This document shows, in pieces, positions 49,228 through 64,000 of a DNA stretch of 64,000 nt (position 1 is its first letter; every line of letters starts with the position of its first letter). The position numbers and the translations under genes are program-made. Below the pieces are notes generated by a model. That model was not told the origin of the DNA and made no database searches. It saw nothing but the letters and a program-made list of their open reading frames with translations. This DNA is from Mobula hypostoma (lineage: Eukaryota). The stretch lies in contig NC_086108.1 of NCBI RefSeq assembly GCF_963921235.1, forward strand, positions 7,316,001-7,380,000, given 5' to 3'.

Positions 49228-50167
49228 TTTGCGGATGACACGAAGCTGGGTGGCAGTGTTAGCTGTGAGGAGGATGCTAAGAGGATGCAGGGTGACTTGG
49301 ATAGGTTGGGTGAGTGGGCAAATTCATGGCAGATGCAATTTAATGTGGATAAATGTGAAGTTATCCACTTTGGTGGCAAAAATAGGAAAACAGATTATTA
49401 TCTGAATGGTGGCCGATTAGGAAAAGGGGAGGTGCAATGAGACCTGGGTGTCATTATACACCAGTCATTGAAAGTGGGCATGCAGGTACAGCAGGCAGTG
49501 AAAAAGGCGAATGGTATGCTGGCATTTATAGCAAGAGGATTCGAGTACAGGAGCAGGGAGGTACTACTGCAGTTGTACAAGGCCTTGGTGAGACCACACC
49601 TGGAGTATTGTGTGCAGTTTTGGTCCCCTAATCTGAGGAAAGACATCCTTGCCATAGAGGGAGTACAAAGAAGGTTCACCAGATTGATTCCTGGGATGGC
49701 AGACTTTCATATGAAGAAAGACTGGATGAACTGGGCTTGTACTCGTTGGAATTTAGAAGATTGAGGGGGGATCTGATTGAAACATATAAAATCCTAAAGG
49801 GATTGGACAGGCTAGATGCAGGAAGATTGTTCCCGATGTTGGGGAAGTCCAGAATGAGGGGTCACAGTTTGAGGATAAAGGGGAAGCCTTTTAGGACTGA
49901 GATTAGGAAAAACTTCTTCACACAGAGAGTGGTGAATCTGTGGAATTCTCTGCCACAGCAAACTGTTGAGGCCAGTTCATTGGCTATGTTTAAGAGGGAG
50001 TTAGATGTGGCCCTTGTGGCTACAGGGGTCAGGGGGTATGGAGGGAAGGCTGGGGCGGGGTTCTGAGTTGGATGATCAGCCATGATCATAATAAATGGCG
50101 GTGCAGGCTCGAAGGGCCGAATGGCATACTCCTGCACCTATTTTCTATGTTTCTATGTTTCTATGTA
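49228..50167 (+). mobile_element. CR1 LINE 3' fragment with (TTCTATGT)n tail
   Basis: FADDTKLGG..WQMQFNVDKC..LYKALVRPHLEYCVQFWSP..FFTQRVVNLWNSLP across frameshifted ORFs. Confidence 0.92.
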
Positions 50168-51823
50168 CCCTTTTCAAAACTTGACTGCAGGAGGACCAAG
50201 CTGTCCTTAATGGGAACGCTCCTGAAAAGGGACACCACATTGAAACTGGCCATTATGTCCAGCTGGACGTTGGTTATCATTTTAACAAAGTCGGTCGAAT
50301 TTGTGATGTGATGCTCACAGCTCCCAACAAAGGGAGACAGCATGGTCGTTAAATGCTTAGCAAGGCATTAAGTCAGAGAATCTGTCCCACTGACGACAGG
50401 CCTGGGGGGGGGGGGGGGCGCTCCTTGTGTATCTTAGGGAGCTCACGAAGTCCTGGTGGTACCAGTACCTGAGGCAGAAGTGTCTTGCAGATGTCTGCTG
50501 GCAGTCCAGACTTGTTCAGTAAAGCAGAGGTCATCCTGACAGTCGCATCTGTGGGATCCCGTTGTAGACCTCTGTGGGTGGGATCATCCAGAACCTGCTG
50601 GACTTCCCTGTGGTACTCCTTGGAGAACATTGGGACTGTTGCATTCCCTTTGCCCACTGGTAAAATCACTATGTCTGTGTGCCTGGAGGGCCAGACGCTC
50701 TCCATTTGTGATGCAGACACGAGGAAATCTGCAGACGCTGGAAATTCGAGCAACACACACAACAAATGCTGGTGAGCGCAGCAGGCCAGGCAGCATCTCT
50801 AGGAAGAGGTACAGTCAATGTTTCGGGGCAGGACTGACAAAGGGTCTCGGCCTGAAACGTCAACTGTACCTCTTCCTGTAGATGCTGCCTGGCCTGCTGC
50901 GTTCACCAGCATTTCGCGTGTGCGTTGCTCCATTTGTGACGTCTGGTTTCAGCAAAATGGCCCTTTTGAGGGCCATGCAGACCTCTACCCTTACCCCCTC
51001 CGTGGTGTCTGGTGGCAGTTTACGGATTGCTTGCTCTACTCCGCCAGTGTAGTCCCAAAAAGGTAGAGAGAACCGGAGCAAAGTTTACCCCTTTGGCAAG
51101 GACCGATCTAGTCACCTCGTCAGTGCTTTACCCGGTTTGACTGATGACCAAAGAAAACAGGAAGCCTAACACCGAGGAGGAACCCGTTACTACCACCTGT
51201 CTTCCCTAGATTTCCACAGTTTCTGGAACGATCGCCAGTATCCTGAATAAATACCGGATTAATACCATCCACAGATCCGTAAGGAAGCTCGAGTCATGGC
51301 TTATGCAGGTCAAAGGTGACTTGGGACTCAGGACGGCTAGCGGTTATGGGATTCCCTGTGAATGTGCAGCGGTGTATATCGACCAGACAGGATGCACCAT
51401 GGAAACCCACATCAAGAAGCACAGGAGGTGTATCCCTTTGGGTTACCCGGGGAAACCAGCGGTAGCAGAACATTGCATTGGCAGTGGCAGTAGGATTGAC
51501 TTCAACGGCAGAAAGCTACTGGGCCGTGCCTGTGGCTTTTGGGACCGTCTGGTGAAGGAAGCCATTGAAATAAAACTGGAGGAAAAGAATTTTAACAAAG
51601 ACAAAGGTCTTGCTCTAAGTAAGAACCAGAATTCAAGGTGGGAAAGCAGAAACCTGATTGGATGAGGACTAACCAATCAGGAGGGATGGAATACGGGGGT
51701 ATAAATACCACCTGACTAGACACGACCAGGCATCGTCCCTGATAAAGATGGTGGAGTTGTCAGTGAAACGTTGGTTATAATCGATACCTGTACCCAGCTG
51801 GAAGCCCGAGAAGAGTTTATTCA
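50168..51823. mobile_element. Third PLE family (Poseidon-like) remnant with internal inversion and a nested palindromic PLE insert (~50714-50927)
   Basis: minus-strand RT pieces (LPKIHK, MASFNVVSLFRSVP) abut a plus-strand GIY-YIG piece (GYGIPCECAAVYIDQTG..VAEH); nested insert flanked by ctccatttgtga. Confidence 0.75.
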
Positions 51824-52189
51824 TGAATGAAGCTCCTCCCTCAAACTTTTCATCTTTCACCCTCAACCTATGTCCTCCAGTTGTAGTTCCACCCAACCTC
51901 AGTGGAAAAAGTTTGCTTGCATTTATGCTATCAACATCTCCCCTCATAATTTTGTATACTTCTATCAAATCTCCCCTCATTCTCCTACATTCTAGAGAAT
52001 AAAGTGCAAATCTCTGCAATCTTTCCTTATAACTCAGGCTCTCCAGTCCCTACAACATCCTTGTAAGTTTTCTCTGTGCTCTTTTGCGTTCCGTGGAATA
52101 AAGTCCTAACTTATTCAACTTTTCTCTATAACTCAGGTCCTTGCTTAGTTTTGGAGTTTTCAATATTAAGCAGTGTGAACTTAATGTGA

Positions 52190-52882
<693 letters not shown>

Positions 52883-55800
52883 TTAGTGTTGAGTTAATGG
52901 AAGTTCTTACAAAAAGCTTTTTCTTCCTCAGCCAGCATAAGACAGACTTTATTGAACATAGCACAGTACTGGTGAAAAAATATAGACAAGGGCCTGAGAA
53001 ACAATTTGCCAAGAGGTGTAGATTACGGGTACACAGTACATTTCACTTCATACTGAAGACTGGAATTCCACAACTAAACCAGGAGCAAAGAACAGTACAG
53101 GCCCTTCGGTCCACGATGTTGTGCTGACCATTTAACACAGTGCTAAATCAGTCCAACCCTTCCCTCTCAAATATCCCTCTTCCTAAGATTGTCTTTAATG
53201 CCCCGAAGCCACCTGCCTCTACCATCACCCCTGCAGATATTCCAAGCAGCCACCGCTCTCGGTGTACATAACTTAACTCTGGGACACCCCCTATACTTTC
53301 CTCACAATACCTTCAAATTACGCCCCACGTCTTAGCCACTTCCACCCTGCTGCCCACTTGATCGATGCCTCTTATCATCTTGTACATTTCATTCTTTAAA
53401 TTTAGCTTTTGAGATGTCTTTAATTCCTTTGATCTTTCGTCCTCCTGCTGGTCGCTGTTCTTAGGTCCATATGGTTCAATGCCTTTATCACGTTAGGCAG
53501 AAGGAACACTGTAGAAACCCGGATCCCAATACTGCACAGCTAATTTGCCAGCTGTTTCTTTTTCATTTGTAATTAATTCAAAACAAATGCATGTTCCAAC
53601 ACGTTGGAAGACAGTTGGTGATCACAGAAACCAACAGACCACTGGAAGAATGTGTTTTTGATTATGAAACAATTTAAATGTCAACAAAAATAAAGAAACA
53701 CTGAAGGAACTCAGCAGGTCAGGCAGCATCTATGGAAAAGAATAAACAATCGACGTTTCGGGCTGAGACCCTTCCTTTCCAGTCCTGAACAAGGGTTTCG
53801 GCCGGAAATGTAGACTGCTTATTCATTTCTACAGGTGCTGTCTGGCCTGCTGAGTTCCTCCAAGCATTTTGTGTGTGTTTCTTTGAATTTCCAGCATGTG
53901 CAGAATCTCTCATGTTTTTGAAAGAAACTCTGACTCCATTTAATTCCAGCCCTCCTGCAGATGAGAAATTTCACACACAGTACCTCACATGGCCACATAG
54001 GGGCATTCACATCCAACTAAAGCAAGCTGTGGCCAGAATTAAGTGCTCTATAATTTTATAGTTCAGTTATTTAGTGCCCCGAAACAGAATCATCCTTTTA
54101 ATAACTAAAATCAAAGGTAATAACTGCCACATCAGGGGAATAATTCTTGTCCATGTGGCCAATGCAACTCCCTCAGACTTACAGAAATCTTCAAAGGCAG
54201 CATGACATAGTCACTGAACAATTAGCTGAACCCTGCTGTGTATCTTCCATACTGCTGTGCGCACAGCAAATGGAACAGAAAACGTGCTTACTGACAAATC
54301 ACAGCCCAAGATACATGAGGAGGGCTGTACGCTTCGATGTACATGCAATAAATAAATGAATCTAAATCTGAGCAGGCGGGGGGGAGGAGATTGCTAGTGT
54401 GTGAGAGGAGGGGAGCTGAAACATGCAGAGGGATAGAGTGCACATGTACACCAAAATGTGAGAGCCAGTGTAGAAACGAGAAGAGCATGGTGTACTAGAG
54501 AAGAGGATACATTGGAGGGGGTGACGCACAACTGTGAGGGGCAGTGGGGAGGAGAGGGCATACTGCCTCCCAAAAGCATCCGCCACCCCCCCCCCCGTCC
54601 ACTTGGCAATGGAAACCAAGACATTGGGTGTATATAATTAAAATGGAGGCTGATAGGCTCTTGATTAGGAAAGGGGTCAAAAGTCACAGGGAGAAACCAG
54701 GAAAATCAAGCAGCAAACTCAATGGGCTGAATGGCCTAATTCTGCTCCTATGTCTTATGGTCTTTCCAAAGTAGTCAAAATAATTAAAGATTCTAATAGG
54801 TCTGACATTCTATCTAACATCTCCCAGACCCAGGGACAGCATCTATCCTGCTGCTATAAGACTATTGACTACTCTAGAAGAAGAAGAAGAAAGCCCTTAA
54901 CTCTGAGTAGAATCATTGGGATGCCATCATGATGGCATTTTTTTTAAAGCAGGCATTCTTATTTTTACGAGGCTGAGTTGTGAGTTTGACGCTCAACCCA
55001 GCATGGATGGAAAGTGTGCAAGGAAGCCGGCTGGATTCGGACTCAGGAGCCTTCGCTGATGCCACTATGTCACCAGCCGGCTATTGACTACTCTAGTATG
55101 TTCAAGATGAACTCGCTGATTGGAGGGTCTGATGGCAAACTGAATCAGCAAGTTTGCAGATGACACCATGATCGCTGGCGTAGAGGACACCAGTGGACTC
55201 CATGTCCTGTTTCTCTAAAACCTGTTCTGCCGTACAGCATTCATCCTGCCCAGGCACACCTGACAAGATAGAAAACTTCCTAGCGTACACTGTAGGCAAC
55301 GTTTTAATTGGCTCGAATTATGAATTGAAATAAGCACAGGTGATTTTTTTAAAATGGTGTGTGATATTCGTGATCAACAAACAGCCCATGATGGTGTAGT
55401 GGTTAACACAACAATTTACAGCACCAGTGACACAGGTTCAATTCCCGCTGCTGCCTGTGAAGAGTTTATACGATCTCTCCGTGACCGCGTGGGTTTCCTC
55501 CGGGTGCTCTGGTTTCCTCCCACAGTTCAAAAACGTAGTGATTAGTAGGTTCATTGTAAATAATCCCGTGATTAGGCTGGGATTAAATCGGGGGTTGCTG
55601 GGTGGCATCACTGGAGGGGATGGATACAATACTCTGTGTTGTATCTCAATAAGTAAATAAATAGAAATAAATAAGATAAACCCAAAAGAATTCAGAAAGC
55701 AAAATCTTTGTTGTCCAGTGCTATCAAAGCTTGCAGCGGGTTCTGGACCAGCTGGGGAAATGGCAGACAGAAATCAATGCAGACAAGGTAGGTGTTGCAC

Positions 55801-56764
55801 TTTGGGAGGACAAACCAGGGTAGGACTTACACAGTGAACAGTGTGGCACTGAGGACTGCGGTAGAAGAGGGAGCTGGGAATGTAGATCCATAATTCCAAG
55901 AAAGTGGCAGCACAGGCAGATAAAGAGTTGTAAAGAAAGCTTTCGGCACATTGGCCTCCAGAAATCAAAGTATTGAGTACAGGAGATGGGATGTTATGTT
56001 GAAGCTGTATAAGACGTGGTGAGACATAGTTTGGAGTACTGTGTGCAGTTCTGGTTACCTACCTACAGGAAAGATGTAAATAAGCTTGAAAGAGAACAGA
56101 GAAAATTTACAAGGATATTGGCCAGGACTTGAGTTATCAGGAAATGTTGAACAGATTAGGATTTATTCCCTGGAGCGTAGGAGAATGAGGGGAGATTTGA
56201 TAAAGGTATACAAAATTTAGGGTGGCGAGGTGGACATACAGCTCTACCAAAGGAGTTTTAAGGCACTCTTTCCCTCTGCTAGCCTACAGGTCACCCTTGG
56301 GCAAGGTGTAGCACCTGCCTAGACCCTCACGTGAAGCCAGGGGAGCAGGTGGTGGATGGTCGTACGAGCAGCTGGTGCATATCACACGTCCTGGTTATGT
56401 GACCACTAACGCCAGGCAGACAATCTCCAAAGAGTATTGATCAGGGGTGGGGTAACGCGCCATGTAAAGACATTGCCCAGAAGGCAATGGCAAACCACAT
56501 TTGCCAAGAACAATCGCAGTTATAGACTATTATCACCCACGTCATACGAAACAGCACATGATGTGATGATGAATCATTAAATCACATTACCTTGTGTAGG
56601 ATAAAGATGATTTACAGAGACTGTCACTAACATAACAAAAGGAGGAGCATCATAATTTCAAAAACAACCCACACAAAATGCTGGAGGGTCTCAGCAGGTC
56701 CAGCGTTTTGTGTGTATGTTGCTATGGATTTCCAGCATCTGCAGATTTCCTGTTTATAATTTCA

Positions 56765-56938
<174 letters not shown>

Positions 56939-59341
56939 TTAAGCCACTATCGTCAGGTAGCTGATATTTTTAACCTCTTTATCATTTAAAACAGCCGGAA
57001 AGATTCCTTTCCTTCAAAGTTCAAAGTAGATTTTATTTTCAAAGTACATATATGTATGTCACCACAATCAACCCTGAGGTTCATTTTCCAATGGGCAAAC
57101 TCAGCAAATCTACAGAAAGCAGCTATAACAGGATCAATGAAAGATCAACCAGAGTGCAGAAGACAACAGACTGTGCAAATGCAAATACAAATAAATAGCA
57201 ATAAATAACAAGAACGTGAGATAATGAGATAAAGAATCCTTAAAGTGAGATCATTGGTTGTAGGAACATCTCAATGAGATGAGTGAATGTAGTTATCCCC
57301 TTTTGTTCAAGAACCTGAATGTTGAGGGGTAGTAACTGTTCTTGAACCTGGTGGTGTGAGTCCTAATTCTCTTGTACCTTCTACCTGATGAGTAGCAGTG
57401 AGATGAGAGAACAGCCTGGGTGGTGGGGGTCTCTGATGATGGATGCTGCTTTCCTATGATAGCATTTCATGTAGACCTGCTCAATGGTTGGGAGGGTTTT
57501 ACCCCTGATGGACTGGCCTTTTGTAGGATTATTAACAAAATAATTCTATAAAAAATAATCATATTACAAAAAATTTTTTAAGTTAGACTACAAAATGTAG
57601 TTTTAATAAAATGGGAATGGAAAGTGGATCCTGAACACCCAGGCCATACTCTTTTCTCGCTGCTGCCATCAGGTAGAAGGTACAAGAGCCTCGGGACTCA
57701 CATCAGCAGGTTCAGGAAGTTACTACCCAGGGTCTTGAATTTGAATTTTATTCACTGGTTTTAATTCTGTAGATTTGCTGAGTTTGCCCACAGGAAAATG
57801 AATCTCAGGGTTGTATATGGAGGCATATATGTAGTTTGACGATAAAATTTACTTTGACCTTTGTACTTTTATACAATCCACCTATATATATGTAATTGTC
57901 GTGGGTCTTTCAGTGGATAGAGTTGTGTCTGGTTTGAAGGCCGGTGTCACGCTACCTGAGTCTGGCTATTCAATTGGTTAACAATATCAATGAAATTTAC
58001 TGTTCGCAATGGTCTGGCACAAGAAGACCATGACACCTTTGTTCTTTCTCTTTTTGTCACACTTTCGTTGTTCTCTCTCACCACTTCTTTCTTCCCCCCC
58101 TTTGTTCAAAGATTCAAAGTACGCTAATTATAGAACATAGAATAGTACAGCACAGTACAGGCCCTTCGGCCCACAATGTTGTGCCGACCCTCAAACCCTG
58201 CCTCCCATATAAGCCCCCACCTTAAATTCCTCCATATACCTGTCTAAGGTATCAAAGTATGTGTGCAGTGTACAAACCTGACATTCGTCTTCCTACAGAC
58301 AGACATGAAACAAAGAAACATTATGGAACCCGTTCAAACAAAAATATCTCTCACACACACATAGTGGTTAGCTCACTTTACAGTACAGACAATCCGGGTT
58401 CGATTCCTCTGTTTTCTGTAAGGAGTTTGTACGTTCTCCCTGTGGAATGCTCGCTCAACCCTTCCTCGTAAGACAGCATCGTCATTGTTATGTGCTGTGT
58501 CGTGTGACATGGCTGATCATGGTCTTCCATCTGTGTTTAATTTGATATGTCCTAATCCTTTTTTTACTGTCCTTATTCTTTTCTCTTTCCATAACCATGA
58601 TTGTCCTTGGCAAATTTTCCTACAGAATTGGTTTGCCATTGCTTTCTTCTGGTCAGTATCTTTACAAGACGGGTGACCCCAGCCATTATTAATACTTTTC
58701 AGAGATTGTCTGCCTGACATCAGTAGTCACGTAACCAGGACTTGTGATCTCCACCGGCTGCTCCCATGGCTTCACATGACCCTGACTGGGGTGGGGGGAG
58801 TTGTTAAGCAGGTGCTACATCTTGCCCATGGGTGATCTGGAGGCGAGCAGAGGGAAGGATCGCCTTACACCTCCTTTGGTAGAGACGTATCTCCACCCCA
58901 CCACCCATACATGTACCTATCCAAGTTTCTCTTTAATGTTGAAATCAAACCACATCCACCACTTTCACTGACAGCTCGTTCCACACTCTCCGAATGAAGA
59001 ATTTCCCCCTCGTGGTCCCCTTAAACATTTCACCTTTCACCCTTAACCCATGACCTCTAGTTGCAGTCTCACCCAACCCCAGTGGAAAAAACCCGCTTGC
59101 ATTCACCTGATATATAACCATTATAATGCTGTAGCTCTTCGCAGTGTCTCCCATCATTTCCCAGGTCACCAGTGTCCGCCTGATACTGCAGGCTGTTTAC
59201 TCTGTGCTTCCCTTCTCGTCGAACCCCCACCCCCACCAACACCGAGCAGGTGAGGGCAGCACACTGACACGACCGAGAGGCAGGTTGAGGGGAGGTGTCA
59301 GTGTCTATTACAGAGAGAGCAACATGTTTCAACTTCGACAG

Positions 59342-60559
59342 CAAACAAGAGGAATTCTGCAGATGCTGGAAATTCAAGCAACACACATCAAAGTTGCTGG
59401 TGAACGCAGCAGGCCAGGCAGCATCTTTAGGAAGAGTTACAGTCGACGTTTCAGGCCGAGACCCTTCGTCAGGGCTAACTGAAGCAAGAGTGAGTAAGGG
59501 ATTTGAAAGTTGGAGGGGGAGGGGGAGATCCAAAATGATAGGAGAAGACAGGAGGGGGAGGGATGGAGCCAAGAGCTGGACAGGTGATTGGCAAAAGGGG
59601 ATACGAGAGGATCATGGGACAGGAGGCCTAGGGAGAAAGACAAGTGGGGGGGGGGAAGCCCAGAGGATGGGCAAGGGGTATAGTAAGGGGGACAGAGGGA
59701 GAAAAAGGAGAGTGAGAAAAAGAATGTGTGTATAAAAATAAATAATGGATGGGGTACGAGGGGGAGGTGGGGCATTAGCGAAAGTTAGAGAAGTCAATGT
59801 TCATGCCATCAGGTTGGAGGCTATCCAGACGGAATATAAGGTGTTGTTCCTCCAACCTGAGTGTGGCTTCATCTTTACAGTAGAGGAGGCCGTGGATAGA
59901 CATGTCAGAATGGGAATGGGATGTGGAATTAAAATGTGGAATTAAATGTGGAATTAAACCTACACTCTGTCCGCCGGAGAAAGCAGGATCTCCCAGTGGC
60001 CACACATTTTAATTCCACATCCCATTCCCATTTTGGCATGTCTATCCACGGCCTCCTCTACTGTCAAGATGAAGCCACACTCAGGTTGGAGGAACAACAC
60101 CTTATATTCCGTCTGGGTAGCCTCCAACCTGATGGCATGAACATTGACTTCTCTAACTTCTGCTAATGCCCCACCTCCCCCTCGTACCCCATCCGTTATT
60201 TATTTATATACACACATTCTTTCTCTCACTCTCCTTTTTCTCCCTCTGTCCCTCTGACTATACCCCTTGCCCATCCTCTGGGTTCCCCCCCGCCTTTTCC
60301 TTCTCCCTGGGCCTCGTGTCCCATGATCCTCTCATATCCCATTTGCCAATCACCTGTCCAGCTCTTGGCTCCATCCCTCCCCCTCCTGTCTTCTCCTATC
60401 ATTTTGGATCTCCCCCTCCCCCTCCCACTTTCAAATCTCTTACTAACTCTTCCTTCAGTTAGTCCTGACGAAGGGTCTCGGCCTGAAACGACAACTGTAC
60501 CGCTTCCTAGGGATGCTGCCTGGCCTGCTGTGTTCACCAGCAACTCTAATGTGTGTTGC
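59342..60559. mobile_element. ~1.2-kb palindromic PLE insertion (two inverted 3' ends)
   Basis: arms ~59375-59937 and ~60003-60559; mirrored ORFs ending EEQHLIFRL.SLQPDGMNIDFSNF; 14-bp TSD ttcaactt(c/t)gacag. Confidence 0.9.
59441..59476 (-). ncRNA. Hammerhead ribozyme motif
   Basis: AGCC-CUGACGA-A-GGGU(CUCG)GCCU-GAAAC-GUC-GACU; one stem I mismatch. Confidence 0.65.
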
Positions 60560-63025
60560 TTCAACTTTGACAGTTCCATTTTGATAATTAGCTTCATCTC
60601 CATTGCCTGGCAAGAAGACTGATTGTCAGAGAGCGCGTGGGGAACCAGTCCGTTTATGCAAGGGACGACAGGATAACGGTCTCCGTGGATGTTTTGTCAA
60701 GTGTCTCGACAACACTGATAGTAAAATTCAGCTCTAAATTCAATCAGGGTAGGTTTGCTCAGACACTGTCCTGCTCACAGACTGTTTGTCCTACTCCCAT
60801 CAGGGAGGAGGCTACGTAGCATTCATACCAGGACCACCAGACTCAAAAACAGTTTCTTTCCCCAAGCAGTAAGGCTGATCAACACCTCCGCCCACTAACC
60901 CACCCCTCCACACCTCCAACCACCACTACTTTATCATTTCCTGTCAGTCACCTTTATGTACAGACACTCCTGTGCCTAGCGTCACTTTATGGACACACAA
61001 TCTTTGTACGTAAGCTATCTTATGTATTTCTTGAGATACAGTGTGGAATAGAATCTTCTAGCCCTTCGAGCCACACCGCCCAGCAAAGCTCCAATTTAAC
61101 CTCAGCCTAATTGTAGGACAATTTACAATGTCCAAATAACCTACCATCCAGGCTCCAGTACCTCCTCCCGGATGCTAACAATGAGAAGAGGGTATGCTCT
61201 GGGTGATGGGGGTCCTAATGGTAGATGCTACCTTTTTCAGGCATCGCTCCTTGAAGATGTCCTGGATACTACGGAGGCTAGTGCCTGTGATGGAGCTGAC
61301 TGAGTTTACAACCCTCTGCAGCTTATTTCGATCCTGAGCAGTAACTGCACCCCCAACCCCATACCAGAAGTTGTTGCACACCAGTGGAATACTCTCCAAG
61401 GTACATCTGTAGAAATTTGCAGGGGTCTTTGATCAAATTTCCTCAAACTCCTATTGAAATGTAGCTGCTGTTGTGTCTTCTTTGTAGCTGCATCAATATG
61501 TTGGGCCCAGGATAGATCCTCAGCGATGTTGACACCTAGGAACTTGAAATTGTTCACCCTTTCCACTTCTGATCCCTCTATGAGGACTGGTGTGTGTTCC
61601 CTCACCTTACCCTTCCTGATATCCACAATCAGTTCTCTGGTCTTACTGACACTATCCTCAAGTATGGACCATGTGTCAATGGTTACAATTACTCAACTAA
61701 AAGAGACCTTGTTCTTCTAGTCCTGATGAAAGGTCTCGACCCAAAATGTCGACTGTTTTTTTTTCTATTTCCAGGCTGCCTGGCCTGCTGAGTTCCTCCA
61801 GTATCTTGTGTGTGTTGTTCTTCAGGTTTGTGTTTGGCCTTTCGATAGTGCAGTGGTGGAGAGGCGAGGACAGGCAGTTTTCGCTTTCGCTGTTAATTTT
61901 GTTTTGTAATTTATAGTAATTTTATATCTTTGCACTGTACTGCTACTGCAAAACGACAAATTTCATGTCATATACAGTACTGTGCAAAAACAAGAGTCAT
62001 GGTTAGGCAGATATATATTCAGGGTGCCTGAGACTTGCACAGTACTCCATGTGCCTACGTGGAGAAGAGGGTGAGTGAAAATCTGGCAGCAGCAGAGGGT
62101 GTTGGGAGTGGCGAGGGTGGAGCGCCAGCTGGACGGGTGTGGGACAGGTGGCAGAGAGGGAGTGCCAGGGGCAGGGCATGGCATGAGTGCAAACCCACTC
62201 AGCACTGAGACACCAGGCAAGGTCATTTGATTTCAAACAAATGGTTTATTGATCATCACAGAATGTCTCTCTGGTGCTTCCCACTCCCTCCCCTCTCCCT
62301 TCCCCTTTTCCCAGCCATGATTCCCCTTTCCCTGTCCCCTTCCCACTCTCAGTCCACAATAGAGACCCAGATCAGAATCAGGTTTATCGTCACTCACATA
62401 CGTCATGAAACTTGTTTTTATTGTGTGGTGGCAGTACAGCACAATACATAAAATTACTACAGTACTGTGCAAATGATTTAGGCACCTTAGCAATATATAT
62501 TTGCACAATTTATCTTCCTTGCACATTGGTTGTTTGTCAGCCTTTATTTATGTATAGTGGGCACATGGCCAAGTGGTTAAGGCATTGGACTAGCGACCTG
62601 AAGGTCGTGAGTTCGAGCCCCAGCCGAGGCAACATGTTGTGTCCTTGAGCAAGGCACTTGATCACATACTGCTCTGCAACGACACTGGTGCTGAGCTGTA
62701 TGGGTCCTAATGCCCTTCCCTTGGACAACATTGGTGTTGTGGAGAGGGGAGACTTGCAGCATGGGCAACTGCCGATCTTCCATACAACCTTGCCCAGGCC
62801 TGCACCCTGGAGAGTGAAGACTTTCCAGGCGCAGATCCATGGTCTCGCAAGACTAACGGATGCCTTTACTTTATTTACGTATAGTTTTTAACAAGTTCCA
62901 CTGTATTTCCTGTAAATGCCTGGAGAAAACAAATCTCAAGGTGGTATATGCTGGCATACTGTATCGGTACTTTGATAATCAATGTGCTTTGATGTGATGT
63001 GAGGTTTGAGGGCAGCCATTCCCCA

Positions 63026-63044
63026 TGACCACCAGGTGGCGACA
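63026..63044 (+). promoter_or_regulatory. CTCF-like motif
   Basis: tgaccaccaggtggcgaca closely fits the CCACCAGGTGGCG consensus, in non-repeat DNA. Confidence 0.45.
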
Positions 63045-64000
63045 GTTACTGCGTTTGACATTGAGTGCGGCCCAGGGGAACACTCTGCTGGACAGCTCAA
63101 ACTGCATGGCCACGCTAAACCAAACCAGACAAGTGCAGCTGCCAGTCTAACCCAGCAGTATTCTATAAACAGCAAGCCGATAGCGACACCATAGAACCAC
63201 AGGTGAGAGCCTGCTTTGAATCAAAGTAAATTTTATTATCAGAGTGCACATATACAGCCCAGAGGTTCACTTTCCTCTGGGCAAACTCAGCAAATCTATG
63301 GAATAGTAACTACAACAGGATCAATGAAAGATCTAGCAGAGTGCAGAAGACAGCAAACTGTGCAAATGCAAATATAAATAAATAGCAATAAATAACAAGA
63401 GCATGAGATAATGAGATAAAGAGTCCTTAAAGTGAGATCATTGGTTGTAGGAACATTTCAATGATGGGGAAAGTGAGTGTAGTTATTGCCTTTTATTCAA
63501 AGCCTGAAGGTTGAGGGGTAGTAACTGTACCTGAACCTGGTGATGCGAGTCCTAAGACTTTTGTACTTTCTTCCTGATGGCAGCATGGCCTGGGTGGTGG
63601 GGATCTCTGATGATGGATGCTGCCTTCCTACGACAGCGTTTCATGTGGACGTGCTCAGTTGCTGAGAGGGCTTTACCTGTGATGGACCGGACCGACCGAA
63701 TACCCTACCTTTCGTAGGATTTCCCATTGCCGGGCTTTGGTGTTCCAATCCCAGACCGTGATGCAACCAGTCAGTACACTCTCCACCACACACCTATAGA
63801 AATTTGTCAGAGTTTTAGCTGTCATGCTGAATATTCACAAACTCCTGAGGAAGTAGAGGTGCTGCTGTGATTGCACTTCCGTGCTGGGTGCAGGACTGAT
63901 CCTCTGAAATAGTAAGACCTAGGAATTTAAAGTTGCTGGCCCTTCCCCACCATTTGGAAAATGTCTCCCCTTTTTTGATAAGGATCCTGTGGAACCTGGA

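Noticed and set aside
63010..63050. Minus-strand LVVMG resembling PAK4 LWVVMEF
   Set aside because: Flanking codons do not match the kinase exon; better explained as a CTCF-like motif

Overview
Repeat-dense vertebrate genomic DNA. The mix of V-SINE/HE1-like SINEs, CR1, Rex/L2, RTE and Penelope-like elements suggests a cartilaginous fish; this is inferred, not proven. Two split genes lie on the minus strand. (i) The 5' half of CCDC9: a CpG-island first exon near 31.8 kb, an exon ending in the ATG at 23197-23199, and four coding exons down to 6884; the gene runs off the left edge. (ii) Two kinase-domain exons of PAK4 (56798-56924, 52634-52759); I could not find the last PAK4 exons before the CCDC9 promoter. 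Most of the rest is transposon-derived: Tc1, Chapaev3, hAT MITEs, CR1, Rex/L2, RTE, SINEs and Penelope-like elements (PLEs). Highlights: many PLE copies carry minimal type-I hammerhead ribozyme motifs, including a 330-bp retrozyme-like mini-element and several palindromic insertions with target-site duplications (TSDs). An RTE-derived short element starts with a decayed twister ribozyme motif. A Chapaev3 transposon at 11-13.7 kb appears to have captured ~1.26 kb copied in inverted orientation from 42.7-47.8 kb, preserving the empty sites of three later insertions. All calls were made by eye; no alignments or searches were run.
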